DNA from: the human T2T-CHM13v2.0 reference genome, Homo sapiens
Assembly (NCBI RefSeq): GCF_009914755.1
Contig: NC_060927.1
Strand: one strand, 5' to 3'
Length of the DNA: 64,000 bases
A program made the translations under genes and the position numbers. A model generated the notes under the pieces. The model worked only from the letters and a program-made list of their open reading frames with translations, did no database searches and was not told the DNA's origin. Positions 1 through 12,178 of this stretch are shown here, piece by piece (positions within the stretch are counted from its first letter, which is position 1; each line of letters opens with the position of its first letter).

Positions 1-771
1 AAATTATTTGTAGAAATTAGTTCTGACTTAAATATTTTCTCTTGGCAGTGAAATCATCCTGACTTCTGGATCTTTCTCAACCAAATCCTATAATTGTTGG
101 TATCTTTATGATCAAAGACAGATGAAGTTTCCTCATATACTTTAATCATCATCCTCTTCATACATTTATTTAAATATGTAGATCATCAACTATGTAGGAG
201 ACAGAAGGCTAGGCTTGAAAGTCACAGTCATGAATAAGGTATGGTCAATTTCTTTTATGACCTGACAACCCGATGATGAGGGAAAATTGAAAGGTACATG
301 GAGAAAGTATAAAACACAGTAAGAGTTATTAAGTAAGGGTGAACATAGTTTATCTAGGAATGGACTTCTAAGTAACGCATTTTGTTTTATCATTCAGACT
401 ATCTCCAATTTATAAGGAAATTATAAAGAGAGTAAATGGGGCTATTAGGAAAGCAAATACTTCTCAAAATATTGTAAAACATTTGCCATCTTTCAGATCC
501 TGAAGGAGTAAAATTTCTGTTTTTACCTTATGCACATAATTATTCTAATTAATTCAAAGCTACATTTCATATTGCGTTTTAATATTTTTATTCCTATGGA
601 AATTTTATCTTCATTTTTTTAAATTAAAAATGATACTTTTTATTATCTTTTCAAAAAGTCTAATGCGCTGGGAATATTGAAGCCAGTATCACGTTCCTGG
701 GTAAATATTAGTTTAAACTGTTTTGCTGTTAAGCTACTGCTAAGTTGTGCATAGAAGTAACTAATAAATAA

Positions 772-822
772 AGGAAGGGAGGGAGTACAAGAGGAAGGGA
801 GGGAGTAAAAGAGTAAGGGAGG
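772..822. repeat. Purine-rich 20-bp tandem repeat, about 2.5 copies
   Basis: AGGAAGGGAGGGAGTACAAG / AGGAAGGGAGGGAGTAAAAG / AGTAAGGGAGG. Confidence 0.75.
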
Positions 823-1165
823 AGGAGAGAGATCTCCCACAATGAATTTCATTTTCCATAGTTGAAATAATAGTTTATTGAATCATGGCTATTTAAATGT
901 CTAAGTGAAAAGGGAATATAATTAGTCAACTAATATCATATTGTACTGCTGTGCAAATTAGAAGCAGAAATAGCCTTCTCAACTGTATGTTCTGTTCTCC
1001 TGTGTATGTGAGACAAGTTTTCATATTAATCATTTATGTTTCGGTGTAAATTTTAAATGTATCAACATTATTTTCATTAAGTTAACATGTTCTTTATTTT
1101 CTAATCCTTTTTACCCAGGAAATTCACAGTCACATTTTAAATAGAATCTTAACACAAATTATATA

Positions 1166-1230
1166 ATCTATCTGTCTGTCATCTCTCTATCATCCATCTA
1201 TCTATCCATCTATCAATCCTCCAACCATCT
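1166..1230. repeat. Degenerate (TCTA/TCCA/TCTG)n microsatellite
   Basis: atctatctgtctgtc...atccatctatctatccatctatc. Confidence 0.7.
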
Positions 1231-1545
1231 TATAATCTGTCATTTATTGCTGTTTATCTCCACTTCACTCTGTCTGTCTCTCTCCTGTCTGGATCCCTTT
1301 TTCTTTCCTATGGCTCTAGCTACCTCTGTCTCTAATACATAATTTGCTTATTTGCCTTATTTATAGAAAGGAGAAAGTAAATGCCTGTGTTGATTGATGA
1401 GATTGCATAGTAATTGCAAAAAAAAACACCCCAAACTATGCTAAGATGTAGAGTCTGAGAAATTGATTAGGTTTGCTGACCATCTAGTGGACCCCTTCTC
1501 AATAGCTGGACCCCTGGACAGAGAATTAGCATCAGCAAAGCTAAA

Positions 1546-1745
1546 ATTTACTGAGCCTTTAGTATGTGCCAAGCATTCTGCTAGGTGTCATCTGATTTAG
1601 ACTGCACAACAGAAATACATGAGGTCATTACTGTTACTATCTATAAAGAGCAGGCACCAAGAAGGTAAGTAACTTACCTAAAGTCACAAGGGTAAGTAGA
1701 GAGGCCAAGAATCAAATCCAGGCAGTCTGATTCCAGGGGCATAGC
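1546..1745 (-). mobile_element. MIR SINE
   Basis: Antisense MIR motifs: atttactgagc..tatgtgccaagc; aggtaagtaacttacctaaagtcaca; aatcaaatccaggcagtctgattccag. Confidence 0.85.
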
Positions 1746-2533
1746 ATTTTCATGAATTTGGAGACTCCTTATTCTCCTAGGTAGGCAAAATCTCATGCTT
1801 GGTTGCAGTAAATATTTTTCTAATTCTACACGATATTTTATCACTTAATTCACACAGAAATAAATTTCTACAATTTAATTCACATGCATCGTTTATATAA
1901 AATGTGCAAATAAATGTGAAATAATTTTTAGCACAAACTTTTAAGGAAAACACAATTTAGAATATTCTTTCTTTGGAATTTGTAGAATTTGGCACAGCTT
2001 GATATTGAAATATTATGTTTCATGTAAAATGCACAAACAAGTGGTCACACACGGAACTGTTTACATATGTCATGAATTATAAAGGGATAAATAAACTGTA
2101 GTTTAGATGATATAGCGACATAGATCAATTGATTAAGTAAAGTTATATCATTAAAATCATTGCCGAGATAATATGGTTCCTTAAGGTTAGAACACAAATA
2201 AGATTAAATAAAGGGCAAAACTGGGTTGTTTTGAAATGATTCAATTGTTCCTCATTTATGATTTTTACAGACGACACTTTTAGCTCCAAGGCCATTCCTG
2301 CTCACAATTGACACACATAAATGGATACTTGAGTGAAATTTTTCCATGAACGTCAAGGTTCTAAAGTAATTATTATTAAAAATAAAATTATTATAATCAG
2401 GCAATAATTGTGTGACATAGGAATACATTCATAAACTATATTTTTAGTAATTAAAATATGAGAACAATTCATTTATGACTTGTTTAGGCTGCTGAGCAGT
2501 GATTCTTTATTATCTAAAAAAATGTAAGTTTTC

Positions 2534-2625
2534 TTTTTTTTAAATTATACTTTAAATTTTAGGGTGCATGTGCACAACGTGCAGGTTTGTTACATATGGA
2601 CACATGTGCCATGTTGATGTGCTGC
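2534..2625 (-). mobile_element. Extremely 5'-truncated L1PA 3' end (92 bp) with 9-bp TSD
   Basis: Poly-T then ttatactttaaattttagggtgcatgtgcacaacgtgcaggtttgttacata; TAAGTTTTC at 2525-2533 and 2626-2634. Confidence 0.92.
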
Positions 2626-2635
2626 TAAGTTTTCA

Positions 2636-2836
2636 TATGCACATGAAGAAAGGAACAACAGGCACTGGGACCTACTTGAGGATTGGAGTGGGAGGAGGGT
2701 GAGGATTGAGAAACTACCTATTGAGTACTATGCTTACTACCTGGGTGACAAAATAATTTATACACACTAAGCGTGCAATTTACCTATATAGCAGCCCTGC
2801 ACATGTACCCCTGAACCTAATATAAAAGTTAAAAAA
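2636..2836 (+). mobile_element. L1 3'UTR fragment (L1PA15/16-like)
   Basis: gggaggagggtgaggattgagaaactacctattgagtactatgcttactacctgggtgac...ctgcacatgtacccctgaacctaa plus A-rich tail. Confidence 0.88.
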
Positions 2837-4934
2837 TATGTTTTTATTATCTGTCACTTACAAAATGTCTTATCCAGAGTAAGTTCAGTTTTAATTAATT
2901 CTTAGCACTTATGCCAGAATAAAATAAAAATTATATTTTTAAAGACCCACAAAGTAAGGCTAATTTTAGGGCCTGAGGCCCTTCAACAAAGTAAAGGTTT
3001 ACATGTGTCTATGAAAATATAGCTCATCCTTAAAAAAAAAATCCCTGCTACTTAAAGTAAGATTACAGCTATTAAAATTTTTATCTCTTCTGGCCTATTT
3101 GAACCCAAAATAAACTTCCTATGTCACCTCATCTTGAATTCAATTTTTAAAATGTGGTCTTTTCAAATTGTATTATGCACACCACTCTAGAATAAAATGT
3201 ATTGCTTCTCTGCCTTCTAGTCATCTTTTAGCATGTACATGCAATTTCGACTTCCTATCTTTATTTGTGGCTATTGACTATCACTGTACTTATAAAATAC
3301 TCACTTTAGTAGATGCGTAGCTCGTAGAGTTGAAAATATTAGCATCTGCAGTTCTGTAAACATTTCTCACAGTGTCAGTGTACAAAATACAAGACTCCTC
3401 AAATGTCAAAATAATTCCCATCAGTATCAAAGAATGATAGTTATGTGAGGTAAGCTTGGAAATACTAAATTTAGGTACTGTATACTATACAATATGAAAG
3501 GGAAGATCTGTTGACCCCAACTCTTCATTCTCTTTCCACTTGCCACCTTCTTATTTCATTTAGGTCTTTTATATGTATATTCTCCAGTTATGGAAGTTCA
3601 TTTTTGAAAACTTTCTATAGCTGCTATCTAAAATGGGTGTCTGAATTGCATGTCTTCCTCTTCTTGGAAATTTTATTGCAGACAATCTCTCATTTTAATT
3701 CAATGTTGTTTCCATTCTTATTTATAATTTTCTTTTCAAAGGAATAAATTGTAATTATTATGTCTATGTAAGTGTTTTTTTTTTTCCTGAATTGCAACTA
3801 TTGGATGTTAGGGAAAAAATTCATATGTATTGTGTTTCTCTGGCAAGAAATACGGCTTGTGTTTTATGTCACTCATTCTTACATGAGTAAAATCTAATTA
3901 AACTGATACTGCTGTCTCCAAAATAAATGTAGATTATCATGCATCATCCTTTTACTTCATTCTGTAGGAGGCCAGGATTCACTGGGCAATACGTTTTTTT
4001 AATTTCATGTGCTTAAAATGAAAATATATTTACAAGCAAGAAAGAAAGATGTTTGAACACCAAGACTAAAAAGCTAATATTAGTGTCTTTCCTCCTCACT
4101 TCACTGTCCCTAGGTTCTTGGTAGATGTCGATTGAAGTATTCAGATTTTGTATATGCCCAATTTAAGTGGCTTGTTTTACTGAATTTATCTAGACAATAA
4201 AATAAACCAATAGACTTAAGTGATTGGCAGAATATTTAGCTGCAATATTTTTAGACACAGCCTCATTATCTTTAGAGATAATTCCAGACTTATGTTTTTA
4301 TAGTACACAGTACTACTAATGTCATTTATGATTAGTAAGGATTTGGTAGAATTAAAATTTCATTTTATTTATATTAGTGGGGATTTGGGGATCATTCTTA
4401 TATTTTCTGATGTCTCTAATATGTGATTTCTCATGTTTTTCTTCCGTTCAGAAAAACTTTATCCTTCTTTTTTCTCTTCCACTTGGTTTATTCTTTTCCA
4501 TTTCTTGGCTTTTTGCCCTTGGCCTTCAAAGTCCCTTTGTACTTTATTTGCCATTTCTTTATTTGAAGATTTTCTGCCCATGCTCTTAGAACTTGTGTAC
4601 CTGGCATTCAGTTCCATTGCTTGAGTGTCCAGCACAACACAACACGCAATAAAAGGCTTTGATGTATCTATTATTAATAGATAAAACCTAAAAATGTGCT
4701 AAGAAAATCCAAAAGCATGTGTTTCTGGGGCGGTGTCATGAAACAGAGTCATAAAGCTGAAAAATCAATAACAGGCATTATATGAATAAGGTAAGTTAGC
4801 CAAGTCTTAAAATCTTGATCTAAATGTTTTCATGCAGAGATAACATTACTGAGGAGTTTCTGTCTCATGAATAAAGCATAACATTCTTTATCCACATCTT
4901 ATAATTCCAAAATTTTCTTATTTTTAATTAACTC

Positions 4935-5385
4935 TATGGCTGTCTACCTAAATCCAGTCTGCATTTCTTCTGTAGTAATAAATAGCACTCTCCAATTTTA
5001 GGTGGACACTCGCCTCCCTACCCAAATACAAACTAAATTGCTCAAATTTCCTTTTAGTTAAACAGTATCAAATTTCCATAAAATATGATGATATTTAAGG
5101 GTAATTGGTTTAGGCAACTTTTGAAAAGTATACTTAAAAAGAAGATTAATGCTTTCTTGTTCACTATTTTTGTAGCCAGGAGATAGATGTATTGACTTAA
5201 TGTATAATAGCTAGCTTGCGCCACAAAGTGGAAGCTTTGAGATTAATGAAACAAGATAGAAGATGTTGTGATCCTGGGCAATTGTGTAATTACCAAACCG
5301 GGACAAGACTGCTCTTATAACACATAAATGAGTTTCTATATTGTTTAAGCCACTATCATTTTTGGTTTTCTATCTTTATGTAAAC
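4935..5385 (+). mobile_element. Old MaLR solo LTR (MLT1J-like)
   Basis: 5' ggctgtctacctaaatcca..ttcttctgtagtaata; 3' ttctatattgtttaagccact..tttggttttct typical of MLT1. Confidence 0.6.
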
Positions 5386-5739
5386 TTAATTCAATGAACA
5401 TAAGCTCCCATTTTTTTGCAGCTAAATTGAATTTTGAAACTATTTTGCTTTGGGATATTTTGTATAGTCCTGATTCTTCAGTTTGTGTTGGTGTGCTTGT
5501 ATTGGGAGCTGATTCACTACAGCAAGTACTCACTCACTATACTACATAATGGCTCTGAAAGATACCTTTTAATTTTTATCAGCGGAACACTGGAGGAGTA
5601 GATTTTGTCCATTTGTTCATTTCTCACACCCTCCTTTTAAGTCTGCTTTGTTTTTTTCTTCTATTCTTATTTCTTTCTTCTATTCTTCTTACCTTATTTC
5701 TTCCTTCTATCCTCCCCATTTTGTATGTCTCCTAGTTGC

Positions 5740-6120
5740 ACATGACCTAGAACTGGAACTAATTCTAGATACCTCCCTGTCTCTTAATTATATCTTCCAA
5801 TCAATCATCAAGTGCTGTCAATTCTACTTTCAAATTATTTCCCCTACTTCTCCCTGACTCTCCATTCAAGTCTATTTTTACATTGTCCTGCCTCAGATTT
5901 TCTCATGTCTTCCCAGCAGCAGTGATCTCACATTGCACACGGCAGCCTTTTTTATCTGTGTCCTACATTCTGTTCCCCTTATCACTTTGGAGAAATTGAA
6001 CATACATTTTGATCATGATGCCTTATTATTCAAATTCCTTCAGTGACATTATCATCCCCAGAAGTGGTTACATACCATCTTGTGATAAACCCTGAGAGGT
6101 TCCTCCATTGTCCTCAGTAT
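5740..6120 (+). mobile_element. L2 fragment
   Basis: ccaatcaatcatcaagtgctgtcaattctactttcaaa; gatcatgatgcc..ttcaaattccttcagtg. Confidence 0.6.
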
Positions 6121-6404
6121 TGATAGAAAGGCAGGTGAGGCAGGACTCTGGCCACCCTGCCTCCCTTCACCACACACATAATTGCCCAAGAATAGGACCA
6201 CTGCAATTAGTTCTCTAATAGCATGTATGGTCATGTGTCTGGATTGTTTTTCCCTTTCAATTTAACAAAATCATTTTAGTATGTTATATTTGGCTAGAAA
6301 AAAGCCATTTACTTCAGTGTTTCAAAGTTATTCATTTGGAGTTACACATTGAATTGCTTTTAGTACTTTTATATTTTCTTATTTTTCAATTTACAATCTT
6401 CATT

Positions 6405-8091
6405 CTCTTTTTTATTTTTGTGGATACATAATAGGTGTATATATTTATAGAGTATATGAGATTTTATGATACAGGCATGCAATGTGAAATAAACACATCA
6501 TGGAGAATGGGGTATCCATCCCTTCAAGCATTTGTCCTTTGAGTTACAAACAATCCAATTACATTCTCTCAGTTTCTTTAAAATGTTCAATTAAGTAATT
6601 ATTAATTAAAGTCACCCTGTTGTGCTATAAAACAGTGGGTCTTATTCATACTTTATATTATTATTTTTTTTTTTTGCTGAACCATTAACCATCACCTCTC
6701 CACTAACCCCCCACTACACCTCCCAGCCTCTGGTAACCATCCTTCTACTCTATGGCCATGAGTTCAATTGTTTAATTTTTAGATCCTACAAATAAGTGAG
6801 CACATGTGAAGTTTGTCTTTCCGTGCCTGGCTTATTTCACTTAACATGATGATCTCCAGTTCCGTCCATGTTGTTGCAAATGATTGGATCTCATTCTTTT
6901 TTACGGCTGAGTAGTACTCTATTGTGTATATGTGCAAAATTTTCTTTATCCTTTCATCTGTTGATAAGCACTTAGGTTGCTTCTGAATCTTAGCTATTGT
7001 AAACAGTGCTGCAACAAACATGAGTGCAGATACATCTTTGATATACTGATTTCCTTTTGTGTGTGTGTGTGTGTGTGTATTCAGCAGTGAGATTACCGAA
7101 TCATATGGTAGCTCAATTTTTAGTTTTTTGATGAATCTCCAAACTGTCGTCCATAGTGGTTGCACTGATTTACATTCCCACCAACAGTGTACAAGGGTAC
7201 ATTGTACATAATTGTACGTTTTCTACATCATTGACAGAATTCGTTATTGTCTGTCTTTTGGATACAAGCCATTTCAACTGGGGTGACACGATATATCATT
7301 GTAGTTTTTATTTGCATTTCTCTGATCCTCAATGATGTTAAGCACCTTTTCATGTGACTGTTTGCCATTCATATGTCTTCTTTTGAGAAATAGCTTTTCA
7401 AATATTTTGGCCATTTTTGGATTGTATTATTAGATTTTTTTCTAGAGAGTTGTTTAAGCTCCTTCTATATTTTGGCTATTGATCCATTGTCAGAGGAGTA
7501 GTTTGCAAATATTTTCTCCCATTCTGTGGGTTGTCTGTTCACTTTGTGGATAGTTTCCTTTGATGTGCAGAACCTTTTTCACTTAATGTGATCCCATTTG
7601 TTCTTTTTCACTTTGGTTGCTTTGTTTGTGGGGTATTGCTCAAGAAATTTTTGCCTAGACCAATATCCTGAAGATTTTCCCCAGTGTTTTTTTTTGTAGT
7701 AGTTTCTTAGATTTAAGTCTTTACTATTTTGATTTTACTTTCGTATATGGTGAGAGTTAGGAGTCAAATTTTATTCTTCTGCATATGGGTCTCCGGTTTT
7801 CTCAGCACCATGTATTTAAGAGACTGTCCTTTATATGTTCTTGGCACCTTTGTGAAAAATGAGTTCACTGTAGGTATGTGGATTTGTTTATGGGTTCTCT
7901 ATTCTATTCCATTGGTCTATGTGTCTCTTTTTATGTCAGTACCATGCTGTTATGGTTACTATAGGGCTGTGGTATAATTTGAAGTTGAGTAATGTGATTC
8001 CTTCAGTTTTGTTCTTTTTGCTTAGGATAGCTTTGGCTAGTCTGGGTCTTTTGTGATTCCATGTAAATTTTAAGGTTTTTTTTTCTATTTC
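6405..8091 (-). mobile_element. 5'-truncated L1MA1/L1MA2 (3'UTR plus ORF2 3' end), internal (GT)n at about 7058-7077
   Basis: Antisense 3' end ttttgtggatacataataggtgtatatatttat..gatacaggcatgcaatgtgaaata; ORF 6779-7165 resembles the ORF2p C-terminus ([16 protein letters not shown]). Confidence 0.93.
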
Positions 8092-8149
8092 TTCACAGAA
8101 ACAGAGAATATTGATTTTTTTTCAGAAAAAAAATGCAAATAAGCAAAAC

Positions 8150-8500
8150 AAAATTTCCAATTGCTCCATTGTTCATACATTCAGATATTTTAGGATTTTT
8201 TCTGCCAATATATTTAAAAATAAAATTGTACTGTAAATGATGTTATAAATGTGGGATTTGTTGTTTAATATGTTTAACATTTTAGAATTTTCATTTAACA
8301 CTATTATTATTATTATATCATGTTATAACAGGAAATGAACATTCAAGTGTCAGATAATCAGTTGGATATTTCATTACATGACAACATGAAACTTTATTTA
8401 AGGAGTGCCCATTAGTGGATATTTAGTTTCCTTTTTCATTTTTGGCTAATTTTTAGAATACTCTAATGAACAACTTTGTACATATATATTTTCACATGTT
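8150..8500 (-). mobile_element. Ancient L1ME 3' region remnant
   Basis: tttatttaa..cccattagtggatatttagtttcc..ttttggcta..atgaacaactttgtacatatat. Confidence 0.55.
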
Positions 8501-9230
8501 CTTTTTTGTTTGGTTTAGTTTTTATTTTACTTTAAGTTCTGGGATACATGTGCAGAATGTACTGGTGTGTTGCATAGGTATACGTGTGCCATGGTGGTTT
8601 GCTGCATCTATCAATACCTCATCTAGGTTTTAAGCCCCACATGCGTTAGGTATTTGTCCTAATGCTCTCCCTCATCTTGCCCCCCACTCCCCAACAGGTC
8701 CCAGTGTGTAATGTTTCCCTCCCTGTGTCCATGTGTTCTTATTGTTCAACTCCTACTTATGAGTGAGAATATGCAGTGTTTGGCTTTCTGTTCCTGTGTT
8801 AATTTGCTGAGAGTGATGGTTTCCAGCTTCATCCACGTCCTTGCAAAGGACATGAACTCATTCTTTTTTATGGCTGCATAGTATTCCATGGTATATATGT
8901 GCCACATTTTCTTTATCCAGTATATCATTGATGGGCATTTGAGTTGGTTCCAAGTCTTTGCTGTTGTAAATAGTGCTGCAATAAACATACGTGTGCATGT
9001 GTCTTTATAGTAGAATGATTTATAATCCTTTGGGTATATACCCAGTAATGGGATTGCTGGGTCAAATGGTATTTCTGGTTCTAGATCCTTGAGGAATCGC
9101 CACACTGTCTTCCACAATATTGAACTAATTTACACTCCCACCAACAGTGTAAAAGTGTTCCTATTTCTCCACAGCCTTGTCAGCATCTGTTGTTTCTTGA
9201 CTTTTTAATCATCATCATTCTGACTAGCAT
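8501..9230 (-). mobile_element. 5'-truncated L1PA8-like element, no clear TSD
   Basis: tttaagttctgggatacatgtgcagaa..catctaggttttaagccccacatgcgttaggtatttgtcctaatgctctccc. Confidence 0.93.
8746..9117 (-). pseudogene. L1 ORF2p C-terminal remnant (123 codons still open)
   Basis: WKTVWRFLKDLEPEIPFDPAIPLLGIYPKDYKSFYYKDTCTRMFIAALFT matches the L1 ORF2p C-terminus. Confidence 0.9.
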
Positions 9231-9312
9231 GTGAGGCTCTTCTGCCTTGAAAAGGGGAAGGAAGAGTGAGGACTGAATCTTGAGGTTTGAGTGCCAGCCT
9301 AGCCACGGTACA
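9231..9312 (+). repeat. 82-bp inverted copy of 10769-10850 (L1M 5'UTR sequence)
   Basis: Hand alignment to the reverse complement of 10769-10850: 76/82 identical, no gaps. Confidence 0.92.
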
Positions 9313-12178
9313 TGCTCTTGCTTTTCTAGTTCTTTAAGATGCATTGTTAAATTGTTTACTTGAAGTTTTTCCTCTTTTTAGACACTTATAGCTATAATAT
9401 TTCCTCTTAGTATTGATTTTGCCATATCCCAAGAGGTTTAGGTGTGTTGCATTTCCTGATATGTTGTGTTTGCTGGTATATTGTGTTTACATTATGATTT
9501 AAGAAATTTTTCAATTGCCTTCATAATTTCTTCATTGATCGAGTCATTCAGAAGCATATTTCATTTTCATGTATTTGTATAGTTTCCGAAATTCCTCTTC
9601 TTATTAATTTCTAGTTTTATCCCATTGTGGTCAGAGAAGGTGCTTATCATTTAAATTGTTTTTGAATATTTTAAGACTTGTTTTGTGACCTAAAATATGG
9701 TGTATCCTTGAGAATTATCCATGTGCTAAGGAAAAGAATGTGTATTCTTCAGTTCTTGGATAAAATGTTCTGTAAATATCTATTATATTTATTGGGTCTA
9801 TAGTACAGATTAAGGCTGATGTTTCTTTGTTGGTTTTCTGTCTAGAATATCTGTTCAGCGCTGAAAGTGGGTTGTTGAAGTCTCCAGCTATTATTGTATG
9901 GGTCCTCTCTCTCTTTCTCTCTCATAATATATTTTTTATATATCTGGGACTTCCAGTGTTGAGTGCATACATAATTAAAATTGTTATAACCTCTTGCTGA
10001 ATTGACATCCTTATCATTATATAGTGACCTTCTTTGTCTCTTCTTATAGTTTTGGTCTTGAAATATATTTTGTCTGATATAAGTATAGCAACTCCTACTC
10101 TTCTTTGGCTTCCATTGGCCTGGAATATCTTTATCCCTCCCTTTATTTTTGGTCTATGTGTGTGTTTATAGATGAAGTGTGTTTCTCATAGTCAGGAGAT
10201 CATTAGATTTTTTTTCTTTTTAATCTATTCTGCTAGTCTATGTCTTTTGATTGGCGAGTCTAGTCCATTTACATTCAATGTTTTTATTGATAGGTAAGGA
10301 CTTATTTCTGCCATTTTGTTATGGTTATTCTGGTTGTTTTGTGGTCTTCTCTTTCTTCTTTTTTTTTCTTTCCATCTTTCTTTCATGAAGATGATTTTCT
10401 CTGGTGATAAGAATTAGTTATTTGCTTTTCATTTTTTTGTGTATCCATTGTATGTTTTTGGTTTGAAGTTACCATAAGGCTTGCAGATACAATCTCATAA
10501 CTCATTATTTTAACCTGATAACAACTTTACATTGTTTGCATAAACAAGCAAAAAGAAAACTAATAAAAATGCTGTGCTTTAACTTTATTTTCCCTGCCCA
10601 GTTTTAATCATTTTTTTTGTTTCTATTTATATGTTGTTGTACTATGTCTTGAAAAGTTGTAGCTATTATTTCTTTACTTAGGGTGAGACCAGTTTACACA
10701 TCACAGTTACAGTGCTATAATGTTTTTAGAAGTCTAACTGTACTGTAACATAATACAATATGTTGTATTGTACTGTGGCTGGGCTGGCACTCAAACCTCA
10801 AGATACAGTCTTCACTCTTCCTTCCCCTTTCCAAGGCAGAGGAGCCTCACCCCATAGCTACCACCACTCTAGGCTATAGTAATGCCAGACTACGAGCAAT
10901 ATTTCCTTAAGGCCCAAGGGCTCGTAAGTCAGCTTCTATTGCATGCTGTCTGGCCTAGGACTCACCCTTCAAGGCAATTGTCTCACCTCTTGCCTAGGGA
11001 AGATCCAGAAATGCCATTCAAGAGTCCGTCCTGGAATCAGGGACTTCAAGAGCCCACTTGGTGCTACATCTCCTGAGGCTTTGCTGGTACCTAAGGAGCA
11101 AGACAAAATCTCCTTTACTTTTCCTACCGCTTTTCTCAAGCAGAAGGAGTTTTACCCCATAACCGCCACAGCTCTTAACGTGCTGAGCCTCGCCTGAAGC
11201 CGGCAAGTCTTACATGCTCACCCAAGGGCCTTGACGTAGTACCTGGGTATTGCTGCTGGTTATTATGGACCCAAGAGTTCTTCAATTAGCAGATGATGAA
11301 TGCTGCCAGTACTGGGTCCTTTCCTTCAAGACAGTAGGTTTTCTTCTGGCTCAGGGTGTGTCTAGTAATATGATCTGGGAACTAGGACTTGGAACCCGGG
11401 GCCCTGGAACTGGGGCTTCACAACTCTGGTACTCTCTCCTTCTGTGGCTGAGATGGTATCCAAGATGCAACATGAAGTCTTCCCCGCTCTCCCCTCTCCT
11501 CTTCTCAAGTAGAAGGAAGGGGTCTCTTTTGGAGCCATGAACTATGCAGCCTGAGGTTAGTGGAGGGGTAATGCCAGTGCTCCCTTGGCCACTCCAGTTT
11601 GTGTCTCAGTATGTCACATGCTCCCTCTCCCCAGTGTACTGTCTCTGAGCCTAGTTCAGCACTACGACTCCCATAAGAGTTGCAGTCTTTATGGCCTAGA
11701 CTGTTTTTAAAGTTTACTTGGAGATACAGAGCACTGAAGCTCTCGGTGGTGAGATTTGTTGGAATTCAAGTTTTGCCTGCTGGGATTGATGATTCCCCTC
11801 TGGCTAGGGCTGGTTTACATGCTCCCTCTGTGGGTGGGCATCAGTTGAGTTTGGTCAGGTTTTCCTTTCTGCTCTAGAAGTACAGCACTGAGTTCAATGC
11901 CTCATAATTGCTGTGTTCTGTTTCCCCCAGTGCCCAGAGATGCTTTTTGCACCATGTCACAACTGCCAGCTAGTGATGGGAGGGTAGCCTCAGTAATTCA
12001 CGACTGTTTTTTTCTATCTCTTCAGTGCTTCTTTGAGCTATATTAAGTTTAAATCAGGTATGATGAGTGCTCATTTTTGGTTCCTATAAAGGTGTTTTTT
12101 CTGTGTATATTGGTGTCCTTGCTTGGAGAATGATCTCTGTGGAGCCTTCTATTCTGCCGTCTTGCTCTGTCTCTTCCC
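9313..12178 (-). mobile_element. L1MA/L1M1-type 5' portion: ORF2 endonuclease region, inter-ORF spacer, 5'UTR; ORF1 largely deleted near 10730; 3' part missing
   Basis: Antisense ORF2 5' (cccattgtggtcagagaag, gctgaaagtgggttgttgaagtctccagctattattgt); the minus strand begins gggaagagacagagcaagacggcagaatagaaggctccac, like an L1MA 5' end. Confidence 0.85.

Noticed and set aside
40-180. Minus-strand coding-like stretch (..DLVEKDPEVRMISLPRE..)
   Set aside because: Multiple stops and no family I can identify.
6405-12178. A single near-full-length L1MA spanning both L1MA blocks
   Set aside because: An unrelated older L1ME segment lies between them and no convincing TSD brackets the whole; treated as separate insertions.
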